Translations under genes and position numbers: made by a program
The notes under the pieces: model-generated
The model's database searches: none
What the model was told of the DNA's origin: nothing
What the model saw: the letters and a program-made list of their open reading frames with translations, nothing else
Assembly (NCBI GenBank): GCA_963805625.1
Contig: CAWDVE010000014.1
Coordinates: forward strand, 128,001-192,000
Direction: 5' to 3'
Source: an uncultured Candidatus Rokubacteria bacterium
GTDB lineage: Bacteria; Methylomirabilota; Methylomirabilia; Rokubacteriales; DASRDR01
DNA length: 64,000 nt
In this document: piece by piece, positions 17,256-26,648 of the stretch
Position numbering within the stretch: the stretch's first letter is position 1
Layout of the letters: every line of letters begins with the position of its first letter

Positions 17256-19991
17256 ATGGCGGGACCGAGCCCGGTGGTCGAGAGGATCCCCGTCTACTGC
17301 TACCAGTGCGTCGCCGGCCCCGACCTCCTGAAGGTCGTGGTCCGTGACGGCGTGGCGGTGGGGGTGGAGCCGAATCACGACGTCGCCGAGGTGCATCCCG
17401 CATGCGGCAAGGTCTGCGTCCGCGCCTACGGGCTGATCCACAAGCTCTACAACCCCGCGCGTGTCACGACGCCGATGCGCCGGACGAACCCACGGAAGGG
17501 CCGCCACGAGGACCCGGGCTGGGTGCCGATCTCGTGGGACGACGCGCTCGGGATCCTGACCGTCCGGCTCCGGGCCATCCGCGGTCGCGGGCTCGTCGAC
17601 GAGGCCGGCTATCCGCGCCTGGCGGCCACGTTCGGCGCGGGCGGCATCGCCCCGGCCTACCTCGGCACCTTCGCCGCTTTCCTGGCGGCGTGGGGGCCCG
17701 TGGACCAGGGCATCGGCAGCGGCCAGGGCGTCAAGTGCTACCACTCAGAGCACCTCTACGGGGAGTTCTGGCACCGCGCCTTCACCGTCGCGGCCGACGT
17801 GCCCCGATCGGACCTGGTTCTCTCCTTCGGATACAACGGCGACGCCTCCGGCGGGGTGACGGGGGTCTTTCGTCACGCCGAGGCGCGAGCGCGAGGTCTC
17901 CGTTGGATCCAGCTCGAGCCGCACCTGTCGGTCACCGGGGCTGGCGCCGAGGAGTGGGTGCCGATCCGTCCCAAGACCGACGCGGCCGTCCTGCTCGCGC
18001 TTCTGCACGTGATCCTCCTCGAGCACGACTGGCGCGCGGTCTGCGACGTCCCGTTCCTGACTGCAATGACCAGCTCGCCGTATCTGGTTTCCTCGGGCGG
18101 CCACTACCTCCGCGATCCCTCGACCGACAAACCCCTCGTCTGGGATCTGGACCGGGATCGTCCAGTCCCGTTCGACGATCCTGCCTGCCGGCAGCCCGCG
18201 ATGGACGGGAGCTACCTCGCCGCCGGGGTCGAGGTAGGCGCCGACGGCGCGCGCCGAACCGTCGCGGAGCGCGTGCGGCCCGCCTTCGTCCACCTCGTCG
18301 ACCACGTGCGGCCGTACACGCCGGAGTGGGCCGCCGCGATCGCCGACGTGCCAGCCGCGACGATCCGCCGACTGGCCGAGGCCTACCTGCGCCACGCGCG
18401 GGTCGGGGCGACGATCGAGCTCGACGGGGTGAGCTACCCGCACCGTCCCGTGGCAATCGTCCTCGGCAAGACCGTGACGAACGGGTGGGGCGGCTACGAG
18501 TGCTGCTGGGCCCGCACCGTGCTGGCGGGGCTGGTCGGAGCCCTGGAGGTGCCGGGAGGGATCGTGGGCACCACCGTGCGGCTGAACCGGCCGGCCCAGA
18601 ACCGCCTCGACTCGGTCCGCCCCGGCCTCGACGGATTCATGGAGCAGCCGGTGAACGCCACAGGCAAGGACACCTGGGCCAGCGCGCCCCACGTCCGGAA
18701 CGCGTACCGGACGCTCGTCCCCCTCGCCGGCGACTCTCCGTGGTCACCCGCGCTCGGTCCGGCTCACCTGCCCTGGTTGTTCCTCGACGAGCCGCCCGAT
18801 CGCTGGCCGGCGCCGACGCTGCCAGACGTGTGGATCATCTACCGCACGAACCCGGCCATCTCCAACTGGGATACTGGGCGCATCGAGCGCGAGCTCGAGC
18901 GCTTCCCCTTCGTGGCCGCCTTCGCGTACACGCAGGACGAGACGAACTGGTACGCGGACCTGCTTCTCCCGGAGGCGACGGACCTCGAATCGCTTCAGCT
19001 CTACCGGATCGGCGGCACCAAGTACATCGAGCAGTTCTGGCAGCACACGGGATGGGCGCTCCGCCAGCCGGTGCTGTCGGCGGGAAGCGGACCCGCCGAC
19101 ACGCGCGACCTCACGGACATCGCCACCGAGCTGGCCGCGCGCGTCGGTGTCCTCGACGAGTATCTCGCGGCCCTCAACCGGGGCTCCGGCACCACCGTGT
19201 CGCTGCGGGGCGAGGGGTACGACTTCAGGCTCCCCCCCGGCTCCCGCCCATCGGCGGCAGAGATCTGGGACCGTGTATGCCGCGCCGCCACCCGGTCGCT
19301 CTCCGGCGGCGGCGTGGAGCACGACCTCACCTGGTTCCGTGAGCATGGGGCCTTCTTCGTGCCGTTCGAGACGGGCCGCTACTACCTGCACACCACGATG
19401 GCCGCCAAGGGCCTGCGGTACGAGCTGCCCTACCAGGAGCGGATCCTGCGGATGGGCGAGGAGCTCCGCGCGAGGCTCCACGAGCGTGGCATCGTGTGGT
19501 GGGATGCCCAGCTGGAGGAGTACCAGCCGCTGCCCCGCTGGAAGGACTTTCCCGCGATCTGGCAGGCAACGGCCCGGGCCAACGGAAGAGACCCAAAGGA
19601 CTTTCCCTTCTGGCTCCTCACGAGCCGCTCGATGCAGTACTCCTGGGGCTCGAACGTGTCGCTGCCGATCCTCGCCGACGTGGCGCGCCACGTGACTGGC
19701 CACTTCGGCATCATCCTGAACCGCGGGTCGGCCCGGCGCCTCGGCGTCGGGGACGGAGACCTCGTCGAGATCGAATCGCCGACCGGCCGGACACACGGGC
19801 GTGCGATCCTCCGGGAGGGAGTGCGCCCGGACGTCGCCGTCATCCTCCAGCAGTTCGGCCACTGGGCCACGCCGTTCGCCCGGGACCTCGGGATGCCCAG
19901 CCTGAACCAGGTCGCGACCATGGACCTGGCGCTCACCGACGCCACCGGGAGTGGGGCGGACCTCGTCCCCGTGGCAATCCGGAGGGCGTGA
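17256..19991 (+). CDS. padB: Mo-bisPGD oxidoreductase, phenylacetyl-CoA:acceptor oxidoreductase large subunit (PadB-like)
   Basis: YCYQCVAGPDLL...EPN...HP.CGKVCVRAYGL..KLYNP, GSGQGVKCYHSEHLYGEFWHRAF and C-terminal molydop-binding domain. Start MAGPSP at 17256. Confidence 0.8.
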   Translation: MAGPSPVVERIPVYCYQCVAGPDLLKVVVRDGVAVGVEPNHDVAEVHPACGKVCVRAYGLIHKLYNPARVTTPMRRTNPRKGRHEDPGWVPISWDDALGILTVRLRAIRGRGLVDEAGYPRLAATFGAGGIAPAYLGTFAAFLAAWGPVDQGIGSGQGVKCYHSEHLYGEFWHRAFTVAADVPRSDLVLSFGYNGDASGGVTGVFRHAEARARGLRWIQLEPHLSVTGAGAEEWVPIRPKTDAAVLLALLHVILLEHDWRAVCDVPFLTAMTSSPYLVSSGGHYLRDPSTDKPLVWDLDRDRPVPFDDPACRQPAMDGSYLAAGVEVGADGARRTVAERVRPAFVHLVDHVRPYTPEWAAAIADVPAATIRRLAEAYLRHARVGATIELDGVSYPHRPVAIVLGKTVTNGWGGYECCWARTVLAGLVGALEVPGGIVGTTVRLNRPAQNRLDSVRPGLDGFMEQPVNATGKDTWASAPHVRNAYRTLVPLAGDSPWSPALGPAHLPWLFLDEPPDRWPAPTLPDVWIIYRTNPAISNWDTGRIERELERFPFVAAFAYTQDETNWYADLLLPEATDLESLQLYRIGGTKYIEQFWQHTGWALRQPVLSAGSGPADTRDLTDIATELAARVGVLDEYLAALNRGSGTTVSLRGEGYDFRLPPGSRPSAAEIWDRVCRAATRSLSGGGVEHDLTWFREHGAFFVPFETGRYYLHTTMAAKGLRYELPYQERILRMGEELRARLHERGIVWWDAQLEEYQPLPRWKDFPAIWQATARANGRDPKDFPFWLLTSRSMQYSWGSNVSLPILADVARHVTGHFGIILNRGSARRLGVGDGDLVEIESPTGRTHGRAILREGVRPDVAVILQQFGHWATPFARDLGMPSLNQVATMDLALTDATGSGADLVPVAIRRA

Positions 19992-19992
19992 C

Positions 19993-20628
19993 ATGCGCTG
20001 GGGCATGGTGATCGACCTCGGCCGTTGCGTCGGCTGCCAGACCTGCACGATCGCCTGCAAGCAGGAGCACGGGCTGCCGGCGGGGACGTCCTGGCGCTTC
20101 GTCGCCGACTGCGAGGTGGGTGCGTACCCCGACGTCCGGCGCGTGTTCTTGCCGATGCAGTGCATGCATTGCGCCGAGCCACCGTGCGTTCCGGTGTGCC
20201 CGACCGGCGCCTCACGCCAGCGCGAGGACGGGATCGTCTGGGTCGCCTACGACGCGTGCGTCGGCTGCGGCTATTGCGCGATGGCGTGCCCGTACCGGGC
20301 GCGCCACCTCGTGCACGAAGCCGATCCCTATTTCGCCGAGCCGATTCCGCCCGAGCGGCTCAGCGTCCCGCCCGAGCGCCGGGGCGTCATGACCAAGTGC
20401 ACCTTCTGCAAGGAGCGGGTGGACGACGGCCGGGCCCGGGGCCTCCGGCCCGGGGTGGATCCCGACGCCACACCGATGTGCGCGGTGGCATGCATCACCG
20501 GCGCGATCGTCTTCGGCGACCTCGACGATGCCGGCAGCGCCGTCGCGAAGCTTCTCGCCCAGGGCGATGCCGTCCCGTTGCTGCCCGAGTGCGGCACCGC
20601 ACCCTCTGTGTTCTACCGGACGAGGTGA
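19993..20628 (+). CDS. padC: 4Fe-4S dicluster subunit (DmsB/PadC-like)
   Basis: CVGCQTCTIAC, CMHCAEPPCVPVCP, CVGCGYCAMACP and KCTFC...CAVAC. Confidence 0.82.
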   Translation: MRWGMVIDLGRCVGCQTCTIACKQEHGLPAGTSWRFVADCEVGAYPDVRRVFLPMQCMHCAEPPCVPVCPTGASRQREDGIVWVAYDACVGCGYCAMACPYRARHLVHEADPYFAEPIPPERLSVPPERRGVMTKCTFCKERVDDGRARGLRPGVDPDATPMCAVACITGAIVFGDLDDAGSAVAKLLAQGDAVPLLPECGTAPSVFYRTR

Positions 20629-20632
20629 GCAA

Positions 20633-21532
20633 ATGGGCCCAATCGCCGCACGGCCACTGGAGGGCCCGGCACACGAGAGCCGGATACCCCTACTCCCGCC
20701 GATCGCCCAGGCCCTCTGGGGCTGGCCCGCCGTCCTTAACTTCGCCCTGGGGGGGCTCGGCGCCGGCCTCTACGTCATGGCGGCCGTGACCGCCGGATTC
20801 GCCCCGTCGCCGGCGCTCCGGATCGCCGCGTGGCTCGGGCCGCTCCTCGTCCTCGGAGGCTTTGGCGCCGTCGCCACGGAGGCCGGCCGCCCCTTCCGCG
20901 GTCCGCGTGTCCTCGCGCGCGTCCGGACTTCGTGGATGTCGCGCGAGCTCTGGCTCGGCGGCGTCTTCACGGTCCTCGCTGCCGGCGGCCTTCTCCTCGA
21001 GGAAACAATTCTGCGCGCCCTGGCGGCCGCCGCAGGGGCCGCTCTCGCGCTGGCCCAGGGGCAGATCCTGCGGCACGCCCGGGGCGTGATGGTCTGGGCG
21101 GTGCCCCCGATGCCGTTCGTCTTCCTCACCTCAGCCCTCGTCTCCGGCTCGGGCCTGCTCATCGTGCTGGAGGCGGGGAACGGGTCATCGCTGGACCAGC
21201 TACTCGGAGCGGCTCTCACCGTCCTGATCGTGCACGTCTGCGCCTGGTCGGTGCTCGTCAGCTGGTCGCATGACGGGGCGTTCCGCCAAGGTGTCCGCCC
21301 ACTCCGCGAGGGGCCGAGTGCCCTGGTCATCGTCGTCGGAGGCTATGTCCTCCCGTCACTGCTCGCCGCCCTCGCCATCGCTCTGCCCCGGCTCGGGCCG
21401 TCCCTCGCGGCCGCCGCCGGCGCTCTGATGGCCGCCGGTCAGGTCTTTGCGAAGGCCGCCGTCATCCTGAAGGCGGGTCAGCTCAGACCGGTCTCGCTCA
21501 CGCTGCCGCCGCTCCAGAGGAGGTCACCATGA
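20633..21532 (+). CDS. padD: Membrane anchor subunit (DmsC/PadD-like)
   Basis: [25 protein letters not shown] and RTSWMSRE. Multiple TM helices. Confidence 0.78.
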   Translation: MGPIAARPLEGPAHESRIPLLPPIAQALWGWPAVLNFALGGLGAGLYVMAAVTAGFAPSPALRIAAWLGPLLVLGGFGAVATEAGRPFRGPRVLARVRTSWMSRELWLGGVFTVLAAGGLLLEETILRALAAAAGAALALAQGQILRHARGVMVWAVPPMPFVFLTSALVSGSGLLIVLEAGNGSSLDQLLGAALTVLIVHVCAWSVLVSWSHDGAFRQGVRPLREGPSALVIVVGGYVLPSLLAALAIALPRLGPSLAAAAGALMAAGQVFAKAAVILKAGQLRPVSLTLPPLQRRSP

Positions 21533-22344
21533 TCGCCGGCGCCGGAGTCGACGTGGGTTCGACCCAGACCAAGGCCGTCATCATCGACGGCGCGCGCCGG
21601 ATCGTGGCGCGAACCCTGATCGCAACGGGGGCGAACGTCTCCCGCGCCGGTGAGCGCGCGTTCATCGCCGCCTGCGAGACCGCGGGGCTTCCGCGCGAGG
21701 CGGTGAGCTACGTCGTCGGTACCGGCTACGGCCGCTACAAGGTGACGTTCGGCGACGCCCAGATCACCGAGATCACCTGCCATGCCCGGGGCGCACACTT
21801 CCTCTTCCCCGGGTCGCGAACCGTGATCGACATGGGCGGCCAGGACACGAAGGCGATCCGCGTGAACCCGGACGGCTCCGTGATGGACTTCTCGATGAAC
21901 GACAAGTGCGCGGCCGGCACCGGTCGCTTCCTGTCCGCGGCGGCCGACGTCACGGGCATCGGCCTCGACGAGATCGGGCCCGTGTCCCTCAAGGCCAAGG
22001 CGCCGGTGCGGCTCACGTCGGTCTGCACGGTCTTCGTCGAGTCCGACATCATGTCCTACCTCGCCCAGCGGAAGACGGTTGAGGACATCCTGGGCGGGGT
22101 CCACAAGGCGATCGCCACGCGGACGATGTCACTGGTCCGGCGCGTGGGCGTCGAGGACGAAGTCACGTTCACGGGCGGCGTCTCTCGCAACGTCGGCATG
22201 GTCCGGGCACTCGAGAACGTCCTCGGGCGGCCTCTCAACGTGAGCCCGGACGGCCACTTCATTGGGGCGCTCGGAGCGGCCCTCTTCGCTCTCGAGCGGG
22301 CCGAGGCCGCGGCCGGCGCCGTCGTCCCGGCAGGAGGGAGCTGA
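21529..22344 (+). CDS. bcrA: Benzoyl-CoA reductase ATP-binding activase subunit, short BcrA/BadF-like
   Basis: ASKHA motifs [35 protein letters not shown] and SVCTVF. Confidence 0.72.
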   Translation: MIAGAGVDVGSTQTKAVIIDGARRIVARTLIATGANVSRAGERAFIAACETAGLPREAVSYVVGTGYGRYKVTFGDAQITEITCHARGAHFLFPGSRTVIDMGGQDTKAIRVNPDGSVMDFSMNDKCAAGTGRFLSAAADVTGIGLDEIGPVSLKAKAPVRLTSVCTVFVESDIMSYLAQRKTVEDILGGVHKAIATRTMSLVRRVGVEDEVTFTGGVSRNVGMVRALENVLGRPLNVSPDGHFIGALGAALFALERAEAAAGAVVPAGGS

Positions 22345-22347
22345 GTC

Positions 22348-23148
22348 ATGGTGGTCGCCGGTATCGACCTCGGGTCAGGCACCACGAAGTGCGTGCTCGT
22401 CGACGGCGAGCGGATGGTGCGCGGGCACGGCATCGTCCGGACCAAGGCCGACTTCGAGAAGGTCGCCCGGGAGGTCCTCGATGCGGCGCTGGCGGACGCG
22501 GGCCTCTCGTCCGAGGCGGTCGCCTACACGGCGACTACCGGCCTCGGCCGCAGCGCGATCCCATTTCGCGACATCCAGATCACCGACCTCACCTGCGGGG
22601 CGCGGGGAGCGGCGACCCTGTTTCCCGCCACGCGCTTCGTCCTCGACATCGGGGCCCAGTGCTCGCGCGCGATCCGACTCCGCGACGGCGGCAAGGTCAA
22701 GGAGTTCCACATGAACGAGAAATGCGCAGCGGGATCGGGCGGCTTTCTCGAGCGGGCAGCCAAGTATCTCGAGGTGACGGTCGCCGACATCGGCCCCCTG
22801 TCGCTCGCCGCAGCACAACCCCAGCCGATCTCGAGCGTCTGCGCGGTTCTCGCCGAGTCCGAGATCATCAACCACATCTCGGAGGGCGTGGCGGTGGAGA
22901 ACATTCTCCGGGGGATCCACGACTCCCTGGCCGACCGGGCGCTGTCCCTACTCAAGCGCGTGGGGCTCGACGGGGATGTCACCCTCATCGGGGGCGTGGC
23001 GCTCCAGGCCGGCATGGTCGCGGCGCTCCGGGACAAGCTCGGCGTGATGGTCAACGTGCCCGACGAGCCTCAGCTGACCACCGCTCTCGGCGCCGCCGTC
23101 CTCGGTCTCCAGCGCCTGCAGCGGCTCGGCGCCCCGGCGGCAGCCTGA
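22348..23148 (+). CDS. bcrD: Benzoyl-CoA reductase ATP-binding activase subunit, BcrD/BadG-like
   Basis: GIDLGSGTTK, DIGAQCSRAI, MNEKCAAGSGGFLE, ISSVCAVLAE and ILRGIHDSLA. Confidence 0.75.
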   Translation: MVVAGIDLGSGTTKCVLVDGERMVRGHGIVRTKADFEKVAREVLDAALADAGLSSEAVAYTATTGLGRSAIPFRDIQITDLTCGARGAATLFPATRFVLDIGAQCSRAIRLRDGGKVKEFHMNEKCAAGSGGFLERAAKYLEVTVADIGPLSLAAAQPQPISSVCAVLAESEIINHISEGVAVENILRGIHDSLADRALSLLKRVGLDGDVTLIGGVALQAGMVAALRDKLGVMVNVPDEPQLTTALGAAVLGLQRLQRLGAPAAA

Positions 23149-23188
23149 CGGACTGGACCGATTGGGCAAGGACGAAAGCGAGGGAGCC

Positions 23189-23635
23189 ATGAGCCGCGCG
23201 GACGTGATGGTGCGCCCCCTGGAGCCGACCGACATCGACGCCATCGTGACGATCGACGAGAAGCTCTCGGGTCAGACGCGGAAGGACTACTGGCAGCGGC
23301 GGATCGAGATCGCGAGCCTCCGGCCGCCCTGGATGTCGATGGTGGCGGAAACGGACGGCCGGGTCGCCGGCTTCCTCTTCGGCTGGGTCGGCGAATCGGA
23401 GTTCGGGATCCCCCAACGTACCGGGTGGGTCGACCTGATCGGGGTCGACCCGGCCTACCGCAGTCGGGGCGTCGCCCACGCCCTCCTCGACCGGTTCGTC
23501 GAGAGCGGCCGGGAGCTCCGGGCGCTCGAACGGGTCGCTACCCTCATCGACCTCGGCCAGGTAGACGTCCGCGAGTTCTTCCTGCGCCAGGGCTTCCAGC
23601 CCGGGCGGATGGTCCAGCTGGAGCGCGCGGTGTGA
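23189..23635 (+). CDS. GNAT acetyltransferase
   Basis: VRPLEPTDIDAIV and IGVDPAYRSRGVAHALL acetyl-CoA motif, FFLRQGF. Confidence 0.88.
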   Translation: MSRADVMVRPLEPTDIDAIVTIDEKLSGQTRKDYWQRRIEIASLRPPWMSMVAETDGRVAGFLFGWVGESEFGIPQRTGWVDLIGVDPAYRSRGVAHALLDRFVESGRELRALERVATLIDLGQVDVREFFLRQGFQPGRMVQLERAV

Positions 23636-23645
23636 CGCCGGCCGA

Positions 23646-23661
23646 TGTGATCGCGGTCATA
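23646..23661. promoter_or_regulatory. Variant operator TGTGAT-CGCG-GTCATA
   Basis: Two mismatches to TATGAC-N4-GTCATA. Followed by CCCC, like the reverse strand of the 13348 site. Confidence 0.45.
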
Positions 23662-23825
23662 CCCCGGCCGCCAGGCTCCGGCCATCCTGGACGCGTGACC
23701 ACCGTCCACGTGCTCCCGCCAACAAGAAGGCTGAGGCTTCCCTTCACCGCGGCCACCGACAGTCCGTGAACGCCGTGCGCGTCATGGGCCCCGCGAGCCC
23801 CACGCGCTAGGAAGGAGCCCGCCCC

Positions 23826-23969
23826 GTGAACGGGGTCATCGACTACTGGTGCAACATCTTCACCCCCGAGGGGATCCGGGCGAGCTTCACCGAGCAGCCG
23901 GAGCTGGCGGAGGTCTTAAGCTCTGAGCGGCCGGATGAGGGCGGTGACGTGCTGGCTTCCACGAGCTGA
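23826..23969 (+). pseudogene. N-terminal stub of an amidohydrolase_2-like gene
   Basis: AGGAAGGAG RBS, then GTG-NGVIDYWCNIFTPEGIRASFTEQPEL, stopping after 47 aa. Parallels the start (IDFMYYVATPE) of the intact enzyme at 12188. Confidence 0.5.
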
Positions 23970-24018
23970 CGATGGGGGCTGACGACGGCGCCGTCCCCAG
24001 AAAGGGGGTCGTCCCACC

Positions 24019-24597
24019 ATGTCCTGTCACCTCCACCTGAAGCGCCCGGCCACGGCCCAGGCCGGCCAGGCGACCGCGGACCTTCGGGACGAGCACGAGG
24101 TGATCCTTCAGGCGCTCGCCGTGCTCGAGCGGGTCGCCAGCCGCCTCGCGTCCGGCCAACCCGTAAGCGACTCGACGCTGGCCGAGCTCGTCCAGTTCCT
24201 GCAGACATTCGCCGACCGCTGCCACCACGGCAAGGAGGAAGACCAACTCTTCCCCGCCATGCGGGCCAAGGGTGTCGGAGACACCCTTGCCGTCTTCAAG
24301 GAAGAACACGAGGAAGGGCGGCGCTACCTCCGCACCATCGCGAGCGGCGCCTCCAACGCCGAGCGGGCGGCTGCGGCGCGTCGCTATGTCGCCATGCTGC
24401 AAGGCCACATCGAACGCGAGAACGAGGTCCTGTTTCCTATGGCCGATGGGCTCTTCACCGCCGAGGAGCACGGCGCCCTGGCGCGCGCATACGAGGACGT
24501 GGAGCGCCAGGTCGCGGGCGCCGGCGCCCACGAGAGGCTCCTGACCACGCTGGCCCGGCTCGACGCCGCCGTGCCGCGGGACCGGGCCACGCCATGA
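24019..24597 (+). CDS. Hemerythrin (HHE) domain protein
   Basis: LRDEHEVI, DRCHHGKEEDQLFP, EEHEEGR and HIERENEVLFPMA. Confidence 0.9.
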   Translation: MSCHLHLKRPATAQAGQATADLRDEHEVILQALAVLERVASRLASGQPVSDSTLAELVQFLQTFADRCHHGKEEDQLFPAMRAKGVGDTLAVFKEEHEEGRRYLRTIASGASNAERAAAARRYVAMLQGHIERENEVLFPMADGLFTAEEHGALARAYEDVERQVAGAGAHERLLTTLARLDAAVPRDRATP

Positions 24598-25037
24598 GCG
24601 TCCCGGTCAGGAGCGTCGACCGCGTCGCCATCGCCGTCCGTAGCCTGGATCGGGCACGCGCCTTCTTCGAGCGTCACTTCGGCGCGGAGTTCGGCCCCGT
24701 CGAGGACGTCGCGGTGGACGGCTATCGCTATGTCCCGTTCAGGATCGCCGGCTTCACCCTGGAGCTCCTGGAGCCGTACACCCCCGACAGCCCGATCGCC
24801 CGGTTCCTCGATCGCCGCGGGGAAGGCGTCTACCAGATCTCTTTCATGGTCGACGACGTCGATGCCGCGGCGGCCACCCTGCGGGCCGAAGGCCTCACCG
24901 TCCTCGGCCCCCGCACGTACGACACGGACGTCGTGCTCGAGGGATGCCGGTGGAAGGAGGCCTTCGTCCATCCGAAGGACGCCCACGGGGTGCTGCTCTT
25001 CCTCGGCGAGCGGACACCGGTGACCGAGGCGACCTGA
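24594..25037 (+). CDS. VOC family protein, methylmalonyl-CoA epimerase-like
   Basis: DRVAIAVRSLD, LELLEP, SPIARFLDRRGEG and FVHPKDAHGVL. Confidence 0.85.
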   Translation: MSVPVRSVDRVAIAVRSLDRARAFFERHFGAEFGPVEDVAVDGYRYVPFRIAGFTLELLEPYTPDSPIARFLDRRGEGVYQISFMVDDVDAAAATLRAEGLTVLGPRTYDTDVVLEGCRWKEAFVHPKDAHGVLLFLGERTPVTEAT

Positions 25038-25126
25038 CCGGGCTCGGACGTGCCCCATCTCCCCTGCACGTTCCTTGATCCACGGCCGAACGCGTCAGCT
25101 CGACTGACGAATGCCTCGCGGACCCC

Positions 25127-25558
25127 TCAGCCACGGAGCGAGAGGCCGAGGAGGACGATCGACAGGGCGACCAGGACGTTCAGGCGGGCGACCCAGGACG
25201 CTCGGACGCGAGCGGACGGATCCGCACCGGGGAGGTTGGCGCGCGGGCCGAGGACGAAGTCGTGGAACGCGCTCAAGAGCAGAGCGAGACCCACGAGCCC
25301 CAGCTTCCCGTGGAACCGGCCGGAGCGGAGCAGGCCTGGTTGAAACCACAGGTTCAGGAGCCCCGTGAGGAGCAGAATCCCCAGCGCGATCCAGGCGATC
25401 GTCCGGAAGCGCCGACCGCTGTCCTGGATGAGGCGCGCCCGGAGCGTCGCGTCGCCGAGCGCCCGGGCCGTGGGGACCAGGACCAGCGCGATGAACAGCA
25501 TGCCGCCTACCCAGGTGATCGCCGAAAGGACGTGGACCCAGCGGACGAACAGCGCCAC
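25127..25558 (-). CDS. CopD/DUF4149-like 4-TM membrane protein
   Basis: WVHVLSAITWVGGMLF...HDFVLGP. GTG start overlaps the Crp stop. Confidence 0.75.
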   Translation of the reverse strand: MALFVRWVHVLSAITWVGGMLFIALVLVPTARALGDATLRARLIQDSGRRFRTIAWIALGILLLTGLLNLWFQPGLLRSGRFHGKLGLVGLALLLSAFHDFVLGPRANLPGADPSARVRASWVARLNVLVALSIVLLGLSLRG

Positions 25559-26268
25559 TACTGCGACTCGCCCTGGGCGCGGGCGCGCAAGGCAGCCTGG
25601 TCCCGTACGATGAGGCGGCCACCGTGGTCCTCCACCAGCTCGTCCCGCAGCCAGCGGCTCACCACGCGGATGGCTGTCTCCACCGTGGTCCCCGACATGT
25701 CGGCCAGGCTCTGACGCGTCAAGTGGAACGGCAACTCGACCCCGCGCTTCGTGCGGACCCCCTCCCGGTCCGCCAGCCGCAGCAGGGTGGCCGCCAGGCG
25801 CGCCTCCACCGGCTCGGCCGACAGGGACTTGACCGAGTCGTGGGCGGCCCGAAGCCGCCGGCCGATCAGGAGCGCCATCTCGCGGACGACCGGCGGATGG
25901 CGTTCCGCGAGACCCACGACGACGTCGGCCGGGATCTGCACCACGATACTGGGCTCCGTCGCCTGGGCCGACGCCGGATAAGGTCGTCGCTCGATGACGG
26001 CGACGCCGCCGAAGATCTCGCCGGGGCCGAGCAGCTCCAGGACCACGTCCTTGCCCGTGCGGGAATGATGCACAATCCGCACATGCCCGGCCCTGACGAG
26101 ACAGAGCCACAGCGCCGGATCGCCCTCGTGGAACACATACTCTCGGGCTCGGCAGGGCACCTCGCGCGCCGCCGCCGCGAGGGACTCCAGCTCGAGGGCC
26201 GGAAGCCCAGCAAACACGGAGCTGGCCCGCAAGAAGTCGAGCGCTTCCCCGGAGTCCGGACGCGACAT
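25558..26268 (-). CDS. Crp/Fnr-family regulator (Dnr/NnrR/HcpR-like, no FNR Cys cluster)
   Basis: cNMP-binding domain (FHEGDPA, GPGEIFG, YPASAQA) and HTH LTRQSLADMSGTTVETAIRVVS. Confidence 0.9.
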   Translation of the reverse strand: MSRPDSGEALDFLRASSVFAGLPALELESLAAAAREVPCRAREYVFHEGDPALWLCLVRAGHVRIVHHSRTGKDVVLELLGPGEIFGGVAVIERRPYPASAQATEPSIVVQIPADVVVGLAERHPPVVREMALLIGRRLRAAHDSVKSLSAEPVEARLAATLLRLADREGVRTKRGVELPFHLTRQSLADMSGTTVETAIRVVSRWLRDELVEDHGGRLIVRDQAALRARAQGESQ

Positions 26269-26387
26269 CGGCGGCCAGGATAGCACGCGGCGCCGAGCCG
26301 AGACCGGCTGGCGACCCGGTGCGGGAGCCCGACGCTCCTCGAATCAGTCCTGACCGGTTGCGTCCAATCCAACCCGTCTGTGGCCGA

Positions 26388-26648
26388 TCAGTGCCGGTCG
26401 TCACCTTTCGGTCGATCCCCGACGGGCGACTGAACTGACGTCGCACCGCCTTCAGCTCGCCCCTCAGCAGGGAGGGTGTGCCAGCGCTCCTTGGCCACGA
26501 CCTTGGGCTCCGCCGGATCTCCTTCGTAGGCCGGGGTCATGATCTGCACGCCGTACTCGTTGAACACATCCAGAATGTTGCGGTGCATGTCCGAGTACAG
26601 CGCATTCATCGCCTGCGCGTTGTCGCAGTAGGCGTTGAGCTCGTACAG
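26388..26648 (-). pseudogene. C-terminal remnant of an MscS mechanosensitive channel
   Basis: YELNAYCD...LYSDMHRNILDVFNEYGVQIMTPAYEGDP with no upstream TM region. Confidence 0.7.
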
